A stretch of DNA of 31,081 bases from a virus (lineage: Duplodnaviria > Caudoviricetes), in the IMG/VR virus record IMGVR_UViG_3300027657_000008, positions 1 through 31,081 of that record, one strand, 5' to 3'. A program made the position numbers and the translations under genes. Below are positions 16,137-25,772 of this stretch, piece by piece; positions within the stretch are counted from its first letter, which is position 1; the number at the start of each line of letters is the position of its first letter. The notes beneath the pieces are model-generated. The model worked only from the letters and a program-made list of their open reading frames with translations. It made no database searches and was not told the origin of the DNA.

Positions 16137-18142
16137 CTGATCTCGCTAAGTTAGTCGTCAGGTTCGAAGCCGAGACCGCCCAGCTTACCAAACAGCTGCA
16201 GAGCACCCAAGGCAAGCTCGAGGCGTTCGGTAAGAAGTCTACGGCCTCGGCCACGGCCGTAGGCACAGCCTTCGGTGTCATGGCGGCCCAGGCCGCTACG
16301 GCCATCCTCTCAATGGCCAAGGCGGCCATTGATGGCGCCGACGCTACCAGCAAGTTCGCTCAGTCCGCCGGCGTATCCACCGAGGCTTTCTCCCGCCTTA
16401 GCTTCGCGGCGGAGCTTAGCGGCTCCAGCGCAGACCAGCTGCGCGACGCATTCAACAAGCTGAACAAGTCCGCCACGGATACCAGCCGCGGCATTGGTAG
16501 CTCACAGGCCGCCTTTGCTGCGCTTGGCGTGAGTGTGGTTGATGCCAGCGGCAAGATTAAATCATCTGACGCTCTGTTGCTCGACGTAGCGGAAAGTTTC
16601 TCCACCTTCCAGGATGGCGCCGCTAAGGGTGCGGCCGCCCAGGCTATCTTCGGCGAGTCCGGGGCGCGCTTGCTCCCGCTGCTTAATCAGGGTCGCGCCG
16701 GGCTTGAGGCAATGGGCGCCGAGGCCGATCGCCTCGGGCTCACGCTCACCGATGAGGCAGGCAAGGCGGCCGAGGCGTTCAATGACAACCTGACGCGCCT
16801 GCGCAAGGTGACTGACGGTGTCGTGTTGCGCATTGCGCAAGGCTTGCTACCGACCCTGGAAGCCATGTCGGCGCGGTTAGTCACTGGCAGTGCTGATGCG
16901 TCGGGCTTTGCGGGTAGCGTCAAGATCATTACGGGCACCATCAAGGGCCTGATTACCGCAGGAACGCTCGTTACAAGCGTCCTGGACGCTGTGGGGCGCA
17001 CCCTGGGCGGCTTGGCGGCCGCGGCTGTGGCTGCCATAGGCGGCGAGTTTCGGCAAGCGCTCAGCATCCTGGGTGAGATCGACACGGACTTTAACGCGAT
17101 CGCCGAGCAAGCCGGCCGCGACGTGGCGGCAATCTGGGCCAACAGCGACATTCCGGAAGCTGCAGCGGCGGCCGGCGCAGGCGCTACTGAAGGCTTCAAG
17201 CGCGAGCTGAAGTTCGCTCCCGCGGCCGGAGCTGAGACCGCCAAGGCCGCCAAGGCCGTGCGCGACTCCATCACGCCTATGATTCAGGCGCTGCAGGAGC
17301 AGGCGGCCACGCTGGGTATGACTAGTACCCAGGTAGCGCTCTACCGGCTGGAGATGGAAGGCGCCAACACCGCGCAGCTGGCCGTAGCGGCTAGCGCTGT
17401 GGCTGTGATCGATGCTCACGAGCGCCAGGCCGAGGCCGCCGAGGCCGCCGCGAGCGCCGAGGCTGAGCGCATTGGGAACCTGGAGTCGCTGCAGGAGCGC
17501 CACATTGGTCTCATCACCGGTGTGGACGATGCGACCCGCCAGCTACTGCAGACGCAAGAAGAGCTGGAGACGCTGCTGGGCGCGGGGCGCATCAGCGCCG
17601 ACGAGTACGCGGCGGCTATGGAGCGGCTTGGCGAGACCAGTCGCGAGGGACTGTTCGACGTGGCGGAGTTTGGCAAGGAAGCGGCACGGAGCTTGCAGAG
17701 TAGTTTCTCTGACTTCCTGTTCGACCCGTTCAGCCAGGGGCTCGACGGCATGCTCAAAGGCTTCGGGCAGGTCCTGCAGCGCATGATCGCCGAGGCCGTA
17801 GCTGCAGACCTGCTCGGACGCATCACCGGGGGCGGCGGTGGGGGCGGCGGCGGGATCGGTGCGGCGCTGACTGGCGTAGGGAAGTTCTTCGGGTTCCTGA
17901 ATAACGGGGGCACGGTCCCACACGGGCAGTTCGCTATCGCCGGGGAGAACGGGCCCGAGCTAGTATTTGGGGGCTCGCAGGTAGTTAGCACGCGCGAGAC
18001 AGCGCAGATGATGCAGGGTGGCGGTACGACTATCAACGTGTCGATCGCACCACAGAACAACACTACGGACATGCGGCGCGCCGCGGGCCAGGGCGCCCGT
18101 GAGGGACTGGCTGCACTAGCGGGGGCTCAACGTTATGCCTAA
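16133..18142 (+). CDS. Tape measure protein (669 aa)
   Basis: LAKLVVRFEAET start, Ala-rich helical body, AIFGESGARLLPLLNQG, C-terminal AGENGPEL. Confidence 0.93.
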   Translation: MTDLAKLVVRFEAETAQLTKQLQSTQGKLEAFGKKSTASATAVGTAFGVMAAQAATAILSMAKAAIDGADATSKFAQSAGVSTEAFSRLSFAAELSGSSADQLRDAFNKLNKSATDTSRGIGSSQAAFAALGVSVVDASGKIKSSDALLLDVAESFSTFQDGAAKGAAAQAIFGESGARLLPLLNQGRAGLEAMGAEADRLGLTLTDEAGKAAEAFNDNLTRLRKVTDGVVLRIAQGLLPTLEAMSARLVTGSADASGFAGSVKIITGTIKGLITAGTLVTSVLDAVGRTLGGLAAAAVAAIGGEFRQALSILGEIDTDFNAIAEQAGRDVAAIWANSDIPEAAAAAGAGATEGFKRELKFAPAAGAETAKAAKAVRDSITPMIQALQEQAATLGMTSTQVALYRLEMEGANTAQLAVAASAVAVIDAHERQAEAAEAAASAEAERIGNLESLQERHIGLITGVDDATRQLLQTQEELETLLGAGRISADEYAAAMERLGETSREGLFDVAEFGKEAARSLQSSFSDFLFDPFSQGLDGMLKGFGQVLQRMIAEAVAADLLGRITGGGGGGGGGIGAALTGVGKFFGFLNNGGTVPHGQFAIAGENGPELVFGGSQVVSTRETAQMMQGGGTTINVSIAPQNNTTDMRRAAGQGAREGLAALAGAQRYA

Positions 18143-18779
18143 TCCGTTTCTGGAGGAACGTCTATCCGAGTGCGTGCTGATCGGCAGCACCTGGAGCGAC
18201 GACTACACCGTGGAGATCACCCGCACCGCGGGCGAGCAGGAGCACCGCCGGCTTGTGCAGCCGTACCCGCTGCGCAGGTTCACGATCGCGTACATTGATG
18301 AGCGGATGGACTTTGGCTCGCAGATTTTCTCCCTGTACAGCCGGGCCTACGGCAAGTTCGCCGGGTTCCGGTTCAAGGCGCACGATGACTTCACCACCAA
18401 CCCGAATGGCGTGGGCAGCCACACCGCGCTGGATGAGATTCTGGTGACGCTCGGCGCCAACACGGTGCAGCTGGTCAAGCGCTACGGGACGGGAGTGAGC
18501 GTGCCAGTGATAGGCCGACCGCTGCGCACCATATTCAAACCTGTGGCAGGGACGGTGCTGATCGCGCGCAACGGTACGCCGCTCGCCACGCCGGCCGACT
18601 ACACTGTGGCTACGGCCACAGGTATAGTCACCCTGACGGCGGCGGTGGGGGCGGATGTGATCACCGGTGGCTGCCAGTTCGATCTGCCCATGCGGTTTGA
18701 TAGCTCGCTGCCCACTGAGTACACGACTGACGTGGTGCGCACGGCCCAGGCCGAGCTGGTCGAGCTGATCAACCCATGA
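18135..18779 (+). CDS. Distal tail protein, DUF2460 (GTA-type)
   Basis: F.EERL, G.EHR, GFRFK..DDF, QLVKRY, RTIFKPVAGTV, TGIVT, QFDLPMRFD. Confidence 0.9.
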   Translation: MPNPFLEERLSECVLIGSTWSDDYTVEITRTAGEQEHRRLVQPYPLRRFTIAYIDERMDFGSQIFSLYSRAYGKFAGFRFKAHDDFTTNPNGVGSHTALDEILVTLGANTVQLVKRYGTGVSVPVIGRPLRTIFKPVAGTVLIARNGTPLATPADYTVATATGIVTLTAAVGADVITGGCQFDLPMRFDSSLPTEYTTDVVRTAQAELVELINP

Positions 18780-19597
18780 GTGCCAACCCGCTCTACCGCG
18801 TCATGTGCCTACGCATCGAGGCCCTGGGTGGCCTTGAGGTGCGGCTTACTGCGCACCCGCGGGACCTGGTCATAGCTGGCAGTCCGGCTGTCACTTACCT
18901 GACTGCTAGCGGCTACCAGTTCACCGGATTCAGTGCGGCCAGTACTTCCAGTCCCGCGATGGTCGACCTGGAAGGCATCGCCGGTGTGGCCGGGATTGAC
19001 CGCGATACGGTGGCTAGCGGCGTGTTTGATGGTGCCCGCGCCTTCTTGTTCGCGACCACATGGCACACGCCCATCGAGGACGAGGAGCCCATCACTAGCT
19101 CCATCATGGGCAAGACCACCCTGAGCGACGAGCGGTACCGCATCGAGGAAATGGCCCTGGTGGACGCGCTGAACCAAACCGTGGGGCGCACCTACCAGCC
19201 GACCTGCTACAAGGAGTTCGGCGGCCAGGAGTTCGCCGGGTGCAAGATTGACCTTGGGCCCATCACAGTCACAGGTACGCTCACGCACGTCGGCCCGGTG
19301 CGCGACAGCACCCGAGGTGAGGTGGCGGACTATTTCGCCTACGGCACCATCGCGCTCACCAGCGGGCCCAACGCCGGCCTCCCGCCGCTGGAGATCAAGA
19401 GTTACGCCGCGGACGGGACGATAGTCACGTTCCAGCCATTCCACTACGCGGCGCAGGTAGGTGACACGTACACCATGATTCCGGGATGCCGCAAGCGGCT
19501 AGTAGACTGCCGCGACAAGTGGGACAACGTGGTGAACTTCGGGGGCTTCACATTCGTCCCGATTGGCTCCAAGTACTCGCAAGTGGGCAATAAATAA
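18776..19597 (+). CDS. Tail hub protein, DUF2163 / BR0599 family (GTA-type)
   Basis: T.HPRDL, G.FDGA, LNQTVGRTYQPTC..EFG...CKIDL, GDTY..IPGC.K...DC..KW.NVVNFGGF.FVP. Confidence 0.92.
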   Translation: MSANPLYRVMCLRIEALGGLEVRLTAHPRDLVIAGSPAVTYLTASGYQFTGFSAASTSSPAMVDLEGIAGVAGIDRDTVASGVFDGARAFLFATTWHTPIEDEEPITSSIMGKTTLSDERYRIEEMALVDALNQTVGRTYQPTCYKEFGGQEFAGCKIDLGPITVTGTLTHVGPVRDSTRGEVADYFAYGTIALTSGPNAGLPPLEIKSYAADGTIVTFQPFHYAAQVGDTYTMIPGCRKRLVDCRDKWDNVVNFGGFTFVPIGSKYSQVGNK

Positions 19598-20139
19598 TGG
19601 ATTTTAGCCGCCCATGGACGATCTTTGCCGTTGATGCTGAGTATGAGGCCTACGGCGCCTCGCGAATCGTGAAAGCGCATAATGACAGTTGCAGGATGGT
19701 GCGCTCCCCGATTGAGCGCATCCTACCGGCGCACATGTGCACCCCGGCCGCCCTGGTCATGCTGCAGGCTATCGGGCTCCAGGAGTCGCGCATGGAGCAC
19801 CGGCGCCAGCTAGGCGACGGCCCCGCCCGCGGCCTGTGGCAGTTCGAGATGGCCGGCGTGCGTGGCGTCATGACTCACCGGGCCTCCGAGCGTTGGGCCC
19901 GGGCCGTCTGCGTGTTACGCGACGTGCCACAGGAAGCCGCCTTCGTGTGGTCGCGACTCGAGCATGATGACCTGCTAGCGGCATGCTTCGCGCGCTTGCT
20001 GCTCTGGACTGATCCAAAGCCCCTGCCACGCATGGGTGACCAGCATGCCGCATGGCAGCTGTACCTGCGCACCTGGCGCCCCGGTAAGCCGCATCCGGAG
20101 ACCTGGGCGGCGCTATACGAGCAAGCATGCGAATTGTAG
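19597..20139 (+). CDS. Lysozyme-like protein, putative endolysin
   Basis: AIGLQES (candidate catalytic Glu), RRQ..DGPARGLWQFE, FARLLLWTDP.PLP, Y.RTWRPGKP. Start could be later (GTG 19669 or ATG 19696). Confidence 0.72.
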   Translation: MDFSRPWTIFAVDAEYEAYGASRIVKAHNDSCRMVRSPIERILPAHMCTPAALVMLQAIGLQESRMEHRRQLGDGPARGLWQFEMAGVRGVMTHRASERWARAVCVLRDVPQEAAFVWSRLEHDDLLAACFARLLLWTDPKPLPRMGDQHAAWQLYLRTWRPGKPHPETWAALYEQACEL

Positions 20140-20513
20140 ACGCTGCCCGGGAGTGTCTTGGCACCCCATTTCGCCACCAGGGCCGCTTGCCTGGCGTGGC
20201 GCTGGACTGCGCGGGGCTCGTGCGCCACGCACTGGTGGCCGCCGGTGCGGTAGATGTGCCTGAGGTGCAAGGGTACGGGCGCGCGCCCGACAGCGACCGG
20301 CTGCGGCATGCGGTGGCAGGGTACCTGACGCAGGTTGACGCGTGGCAGCCAGGTGACGTGCTGCTCATGCGGTTTGGTAGGGAGCCGCAACACTTGGCCA
20401 TTGTGACGGATCGTGGCATAATCCATGCCTACGAGCGCGTGGGGAAGGTCTGTGAGCACGTCCTGTGCCCACGCTGGCGCGCACGCATCGTGAGCGCCTA
20501 CCGATATGTCTAG
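20127..20513 (+). CDS. NlpC/P60 tail-associated peptidase (GTA-type)
   Basis: AR.CLGTPFRHQGR, LDCAGLV (catalytic Cys), PGDVLL, QHLAI, IIHAY. Confidence 0.93.
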   Translation: MRIVDAARECLGTPFRHQGRLPGVALDCAGLVRHALVAAGAVDVPEVQGYGRAPDSDRLRHAVAGYLTQVDAWQPGDVLLMRFGREPQHLAIVTDRGIIHAYERVGKVCEHVLCPRWRARIVSAYRYV

Positions 20514-23500
20514 CGCAGGTCAAGCACTCGGCGGCGTAGTAGGCGCAGTCGCTGGCTTCTTCGTCGGTGGCCCGCAGGGCGCGCTCTACGGCGCGCAACT
20601 TGGCCTAGCGGTTGGCGGCGCGCTCGATCCTCCCAAGGGCCCCAACATCCAGGGCCCGCGCCTCAGTGACCTGACAGTCCAGACGGCCACATACGGCGCA
20701 GTGATACCCCGCGCCTACGGGACCATAGCCACACACGGCAACGTGTTCTGGCTGCAAGGCGACGCGCTGACTGAGGTCGCCGCCAAGTCTACGCAGGGTG
20801 GCAAGGGCGGCGGACCTTCTAGCAGCGTCACGAGTTTTAGTTACTTCGCGACGTTTGCCGTGGGTCTCTGCCAGGGACCGATCGCGGGCATCCGCCGCAT
20901 CTGGATCGGACCGGACCTGTTCTACGACGCAGGCTCGGGGGACCTAGAAACCATCCTCGCGAGCAACGCGGCCGCTGAGGGCTTTACGCTCTATCTAGGA
21001 ACAGAAAGTCAGGCACCTGACCCGCTGATCCAGGCCGATCGGGGGGCGGCTGATACGCCTGCGTACACCGGGCTTGCCTACATCGTGTTCGAGCAGCTGG
21101 CGCTGGCCGACTATGGCAACACGCTCCAGGCCGCGCAGGTCAAGGTCGAGGTTATCCAGGTCGCGACGCTCGAGGGGCTGACACTACTGGCTGAGGAGAC
21201 CCAGGAGTACACGCCCTACACCGTGACCGGCGGGGTGGGTGCTGGGAGCGGAGTGCCATACAATGGCTATGCGGGATTCGCGCGCCCCGACCACATCCGC
21301 TGGTACCTGCCAGACTGGGACAACAGCACGCCCCCTAACCCGCGGCAGTTCTACGTGTACGATGTGCGCCCGGGCAACATCACGTTTGATGGTGTGCGCG
21401 CGGTCAATCGTGTGGCTGCGCAAGAGTCGCCCCCGGTGTTGACCGACAGCACGGAGCTTTATTACGGGTCGATCAATGAGCTGTTCTCGCCGCCCCCGAC
21501 CCAACTGAGTAACTTCGGCGCGTTGCAGGGTAGGGTGCGGGGCACGTGGGCCGCAGTTACATCCACACGGTCGGGCGTGCATGCTGCATACCTTGCGCCA
21601 ATCGGGACTCCGGCCGCGTTCTTCCAGATAGCGGGTATCGCTACGGCCGGCGCGGTCGAGGTGACAGAGGCAGGCGACGTCTACTACTTCGATGCCTCCG
21701 GCGCCCGTCGCTTTGACTCCTCCGGCGCGTTGGTCGACACGGTAGCGTTTGCCTTCGACATCCCGACCACGAGCGTCGAGCAGCCCCGCGCCTACCTGAG
21801 TGACGACGGCAACATCTATCTCAACACGCGCTTTGCGACCGCAAGCCAGCTGTACCGCATATCTCAGGACCTGACCAGCATCGCGCTGGTGGGCAACGTC
21901 GCGCACGTCTTCAACGCATCTGGGGACGACAATTACGACATTACGGTTGAGGATGGGGTGTTCGCCCGGTTCTGCGTCAACAGTAACGCCGGCGCCACGG
22001 ACATCAAAACCGCGTGGTTTAGCCTGGCCGGTGTGGCTGGGGACCTAGTGCCGCTGGCAGACATTGTTGAGGCCGAGTGTCTCCAGTCGGCGCTGCTTAC
22101 CGCCGGCGACCTGTATACCAGCGAGCTGACGCAGCTGGTCCGGGGGTATAAGGTCGGTACTGTAGCCGCGCTGCGTGCCGCGCTGGAGCCACTGCAGGGC
22201 GCCTACCCATTCGACATCGTGCAGAGCGGCTACCAGATCGCGTTCCGGGTGCGCGGGCGCGCGCCGGTGGCGACTGTGACTGCCGACGAGCTGGACGCAC
22301 GCGGCGGTAGTGACCAGCCGGGTCAGAGACTGACCATACTGCGCGAGATGGACACCCAGCTGCCGCGCACGGTGAGTCTTGGCTACCTGGATGTCGAGCG
22401 TGAGTACGATACCAGCGAGCAGTCCACCGACCGCATCAGTACCGAGAGCGTCAACCGCCGGAGCCTTGAGTTCGCGCTGGTACTGGATGCGGATGAGGCC
22501 GCTCAGCGTGCTGAAGTACTACTGTGGTTATACTGGCTTGAGCGCTACGACCTGCGCTTTACCCTGCCAGACACCTACCTGGACCTAGAGCCAGCGGACG
22601 TAATCACAATCCAGCATCCGGACGCCACGTATGAGGCGCGTATCACGGCCATCACGTACACCGCGGACCAGCGGCTGGAGTGTCACGCCAAGCTCAACGA
22701 CACCCCGCTCTACACCAGCACGGCGCTAGGTGACAGGGGCGACAGCACCGAGACCGTGATTGCGCTTGAGGGGCCGAGCGAGTACGTGTTGGTGGATGGC
22801 CCGACGTTGCTCGACTCGCTTGATGCGCCCGGGGTGCTCGGCGCCATGCATGGGTTCAGCGCCGCGTGGCCTGGCGGCACAATCCACCAGACGCGCGACA
22901 GTGGCACCACCTGGCCTGTGCTGGGCGCCTTCGCCGGCCCGGTACCCATGGGCAACGCGTTCAATCCGATCGGTGCGCCCGATGCGTTCTGGGTCGTGGA
23001 TGAGGAAAATGTGCTCCGCGCTACCATCATCCAGGGCGCGCTCGAGTCCGTCACGCTGCTGCAGATGCTGAACGGGGCCAATCACTTTGCATACGGTGCG
23101 GCCGGGCGCTGGGAGATCATAGCCGCGCAGACCTGCACGCAGGGGGCCGATGGGTCGTGGACATTGCAGGGCTTGCTCCGCGGACGGTTTGGTAGTGAGT
23201 GGGCGGCCGGACTGCATGGGATAGGTGACACCCTGGTGTTGCTCACCGATGCGGACGTGCAGTTCCTGGGCTTGCCCCTGGTGACGCGTGGGGTTCTCAC
23301 GCAGACGCGGGGTATCACGGCTGGCGCCACGATCGACACGGACGACGATAGGGACTTCACCTACAACGCGGAGAATCTACTCCCCCTGAGCCCCGTGTAC
23401 CTGAACGGCTCGCGGCACCCGACCACACGGGACTGGACACTGACCTGGACCAGGCGCACCCGCATCGGCGGCGAGTGGATGGACTTCGTGGACGCGCCAC

Positions 23501-23715
23501 TGGGCGAGACCAGCGAAGCCTATGAGGTGGACGTGTTCTCGGGGTCGGTGATAGTGCGCACTCTGAGTGCATCTACACCTACGGTCGCGTATACTAGTGC
23601 GCAGCAAGTAGCGGACTTTGGGTCAGACCAGGGTACGCTGTCTGTGCGCGTCTACCAACTGAGTAGCACTGTCGGCCGCGGGCGGCCCCTCATCGAGAGC
23701 ATCACGCGTGGCTAA
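20506..23715 (+). CDS. Central tail / host specificity protein (GTA megatron-like, Phage-tail_3)
   Basis: GPRLSDL.VQT..YG..IPR.YGT, FAVGLCQGPI, PAY.GLAYIVFE, ALEPL, LEPADVI, LLRGRFGSE, WTRRTR, PLGE.SE.YEV. Confidence 0.92.
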   Translation: MSSAGQALGGVVGAVAGFFVGGPQGALYGAQLGLAVGGALDPPKGPNIQGPRLSDLTVQTATYGAVIPRAYGTIATHGNVFWLQGDALTEVAAKSTQGGKGGGPSSSVTSFSYFATFAVGLCQGPIAGIRRIWIGPDLFYDAGSGDLETILASNAAAEGFTLYLGTESQAPDPLIQADRGAADTPAYTGLAYIVFEQLALADYGNTLQAAQVKVEVIQVATLEGLTLLAEETQEYTPYTVTGGVGAGSGVPYNGYAGFARPDHIRWYLPDWDNSTPPNPRQFYVYDVRPGNITFDGVRAVNRVAAQESPPVLTDSTELYYGSINELFSPPPTQLSNFGALQGRVRGTWAAVTSTRSGVHAAYLAPIGTPAAFFQIAGIATAGAVEVTEAGDVYYFDASGARRFDSSGALVDTVAFAFDIPTTSVEQPRAYLSDDGNIYLNTRFATASQLYRISQDLTSIALVGNVAHVFNASGDDNYDITVEDGVFARFCVNSNAGATDIKTAWFSLAGVAGDLVPLADIVEAECLQSALLTAGDLYTSELTQLVRGYKVGTVAALRAALEPLQGAYPFDIVQSGYQIAFRVRGRAPVATVTADELDARGGSDQPGQRLTILREMDTQLPRTVSLGYLDVEREYDTSEQSTDRISTESVNRRSLEFALVLDADEAAQRAEVLLWLYWLERYDLRFTLPDTYLDLEPADVITIQHPDATYEARITAITYTADQRLECHAKLNDTPLYTSTALGDRGDSTETVIALEGPSEYVLVDGPTLLDSLDAPGVLGAMHGFSAAWPGGTIHQTRDSGTTWPVLGAFAGPVPMGNAFNPIGAPDAFWVVDEENVLRATIIQGALESVTLLQMLNGANHFAYGAAGRWEIIAAQTCTQGADGSWTLQGLLRGRFGSEWAAGLHGIGDTLVLLTDADVQFLGLPLVTRGVLTQTRGITAGATIDTDDDRDFTYNAENLLPLSPVYLNGSRHPTTRDWTLTWTRRTRIGGEWMDFVDAPLGETSEAYEVDVFSGSVIVRTLSASTPTVAYTSAQQVADFGSDQGTLSVRVYQLSSTVGRGRPLIESITRG

Positions 23716-25429
23716 CAGCACCACAAACCTAGACCAGCTAGTCCAGTCCCAGGCGTCCAAGGAAGTAACGGCTAACGCGCTCTGGGACGCCATGAGCCAG
23801 GCCGCTACCTACGGGCGCAGGGCCAGCACTACATCTGGGCTCACGTGGGGCTTCTATGGCGGTAATGTAGTTGTCAGCAGCGGCGCCTACGTAGCGGTGG
23901 CCAACGGTACTTTGACGCTGACTGCCAGTGCGACTAACTACATTGTCGCGCTGAAAGCCGACGGGGTGGTTAGTTTCGCGACCGTCAGCACCAACTGGGA
24001 CAATGTTACCGACTATTGGCGCTTGTACAGGGTAGTTACTGGCACGGCCACAATTACCAGTTACACCGATGATCGCCAAAGTAGCTTTCTCGCGGTCTCG
24101 GGGAATGGTAATGGTGCAGCGGCGGTTGTGATTGTGCCTGACGGCACCGAGCGCACCATCACTGAGTCCCAGACCTACCACGCGCAGGCCAGCGCCGAGG
24201 ACAACGACTGGCACGCGCTGGCGTGGAGCCAGGAGCTCGGGCGCTGTGTGGCGATCGCGCGCTCGGGCACCAACCGAGTCATGTATTCAGATGACGGCAT
24301 CACGTGGGTGCCGGCTACGGCCAGCAACAACCGCGACTGGCGCGACGTGGTGTGGGCGGACACCCTGGGACGGTTCGTGGCCGTGGCGTTTGACGGTGCC
24401 GCTGCGGGGCAGGTTATGACCAGTCCCGACGGGGTGACGTGGACCGACCGCACGTCCTCGTTGGCAACCCAGTGGGGAGGGCTAGCGTGGGCGCGGGCGC
24501 TCGGGCGGCTAGTGGCAGTTGCGGAGTCTGGCGCTAATCGTGTCATGACCAGCGAGGATGGCATCACGTGGACCAGCCGCACGGCCGCCGCTGCCAACAC
24601 TTGGCGTGACGTGGACTGGAGCGCTGAGCTGGCGCTGTTCTGTGCTGTGAGCAGCACCGGTACCGCCAATCGCGTCATGACCAGTCCAGACGGTATCACG
24701 TGGACCAGCCGCAGCACGTCGGGTAATGACAATTTCTGGTCTGGGGTGGTATGGGGTGCCTACGCTGGGGTGTTCGTAGCCGTGGCACAGAGCGGCACCA
24801 ACCGTGTACTTACGAGTCCTGACGGCATCACGTGGACCGGGCGCACCGCTGCGGCAGCGCAGCAATGGTACAAGGTCACGTGGGCGCCGGAGATCGGTTT
24901 GTTCCACGCGGTCCACCTGGACTCGGTGGCCACGAGTATGACCAGCCGCGATGGCATTACCTGGGCTAGTCGTACCGCAGCCACAGCCAACGCCAAGCGG
25001 CGTAGCGTGTGGTGTGCCGGGCTCGGCATGTTCATCGTGACGGCAAGCGCAGGCGTAGGTAACCGTGTCGAAACCAGCGCTGGGTACGTAGGCGTGTACA
25101 CCCCGACGCTATTTGCCGTGGCCAATGTGGCCGCGAGCACGGCATTTCCTATGCGATGGGAGCGGCGCGGCAAGAATGTGATGGTCTACGGCCAGGTTAA
25201 CATCCAGGCGACTGCAGGTGCTACGAACACTCAGCTAGGCGTAAGCCTGCCATTGAGCGCTACCTTCGCCGCCGAGGACATGCTATCTGGGTCTGCTACT
25301 GCGGGGTTCGCTACGGTCGCAGGTAGCTACGTGGCGGACACAAGCAACGCACGGGCGGAGTTCCGCTATCTCAGCGAGTCCACCATCAACCGCGCTATGC
25401 GCGGCTCCTTCAACTACAGGTTGACCTAA
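23708..25429 (+). CDS. Tail fibre / receptor-binding protein with Asp-box beta-propeller
   Basis: N-terminal SQASKEVT.N anchor (DUF2793-like); six S.DG[IV]TW repeats plus one partial; C-terminal YTPTL...RRGKNV.VYG..LP fibre-tip-like domain. Confidence 0.82.
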   Translation: MANSTTNLDQLVQSQASKEVTANALWDAMSQAATYGRRASTTSGLTWGFYGGNVVVSSGAYVAVANGTLTLTASATNYIVALKADGVVSFATVSTNWDNVTDYWRLYRVVTGTATITSYTDDRQSSFLAVSGNGNGAAAVVIVPDGTERTITESQTYHAQASAEDNDWHALAWSQELGRCVAIARSGTNRVMYSDDGITWVPATASNNRDWRDVVWADTLGRFVAVAFDGAAAGQVMTSPDGVTWTDRTSSLATQWGGLAWARALGRLVAVAESGANRVMTSEDGITWTSRTAAAANTWRDVDWSAELALFCAVSSTGTANRVMTSPDGITWTSRSTSGNDNFWSGVVWGAYAGVFVAVAQSGTNRVLTSPDGITWTGRTAAAAQQWYKVTWAPEIGLFHAVHLDSVATSMTSRDGITWASRTAATANAKRRSVWCAGLGMFIVTASAGVGNRVETSAGYVGVYTPTLFAVANVAASTAFPMRWERRGKNVMVYGQVNIQATAGATNTQLGVSLPLSATFAAEDMLSGSATAGFATVAGSYVADTSNARAEFRYLSESTINRAMRGSFNYRLT

Positions 25430-25431
25430 CA

Positions 25432-25659
25432 ATGGCTTGGGAAGTTGACTATGACTATGTGGCGCGCACGGTCACTGTGCGACGCCAGGGGGCGCCCGGC
25501 GCAGTCACCTACGGGGAGGCCGAGCGTGAGGTGGCAATCCTGGAAGTACCCGACGCGCGGCGAGTGCTCGCCGCCGCCGGGATTACCGTTCCTACCGTGG
25601 AGCGCGAGCGGGAGCTACGCGAGACCCGGTGGCCGGCCGATGACACAAGGACGCGCTGA
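25432..25659 (+). CDS. Hypothetical protein (75 aa), last gene of late operon
   Basis: ATG 2 nt after the fibre stop; no motif recognised. Confidence 0.55.
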   Translation: MAWEVDYDYVARTVTVRRQGAPGAVTYGEAEREVAILEVPDARRVLAAAGITVPTVERERELRETRWPADDTRTR

Positions 25660-25704
25660 GTTCTATCCATCGCGCTACGTAGTCCTGTGCGTCCTGATTC
25701 CAAG

Positions 25705-25730
25705 CCTGCGCAGCAGCCACACTGCGCAGG
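25705..25730. terminator. Hairpin between convergent transcription units
   Basis: CCTGCGCAG-N8-CTGCGCAGG 9-bp stem; no U-tract on either side, so terminator role is uncertain. Confidence 0.4.
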
Positions 25731-25772
25731 GCCCGCGGGGTCGGCCGGCTTAGCGCCAGGCCAAACACCCCG

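Noticed and set aside
17827-17853. G-rich tract in the tape measure gene as phase-variable or G-quadruplex element
   Set aside because: Encodes a poly-Gly linker with mixed codons; no long homopolymer.
25640-25753. Possible 37-aa ORF after the last late gene
   Set aside because: No RBS, overlaps the previous gene and the convergent hairpin; unsupported.
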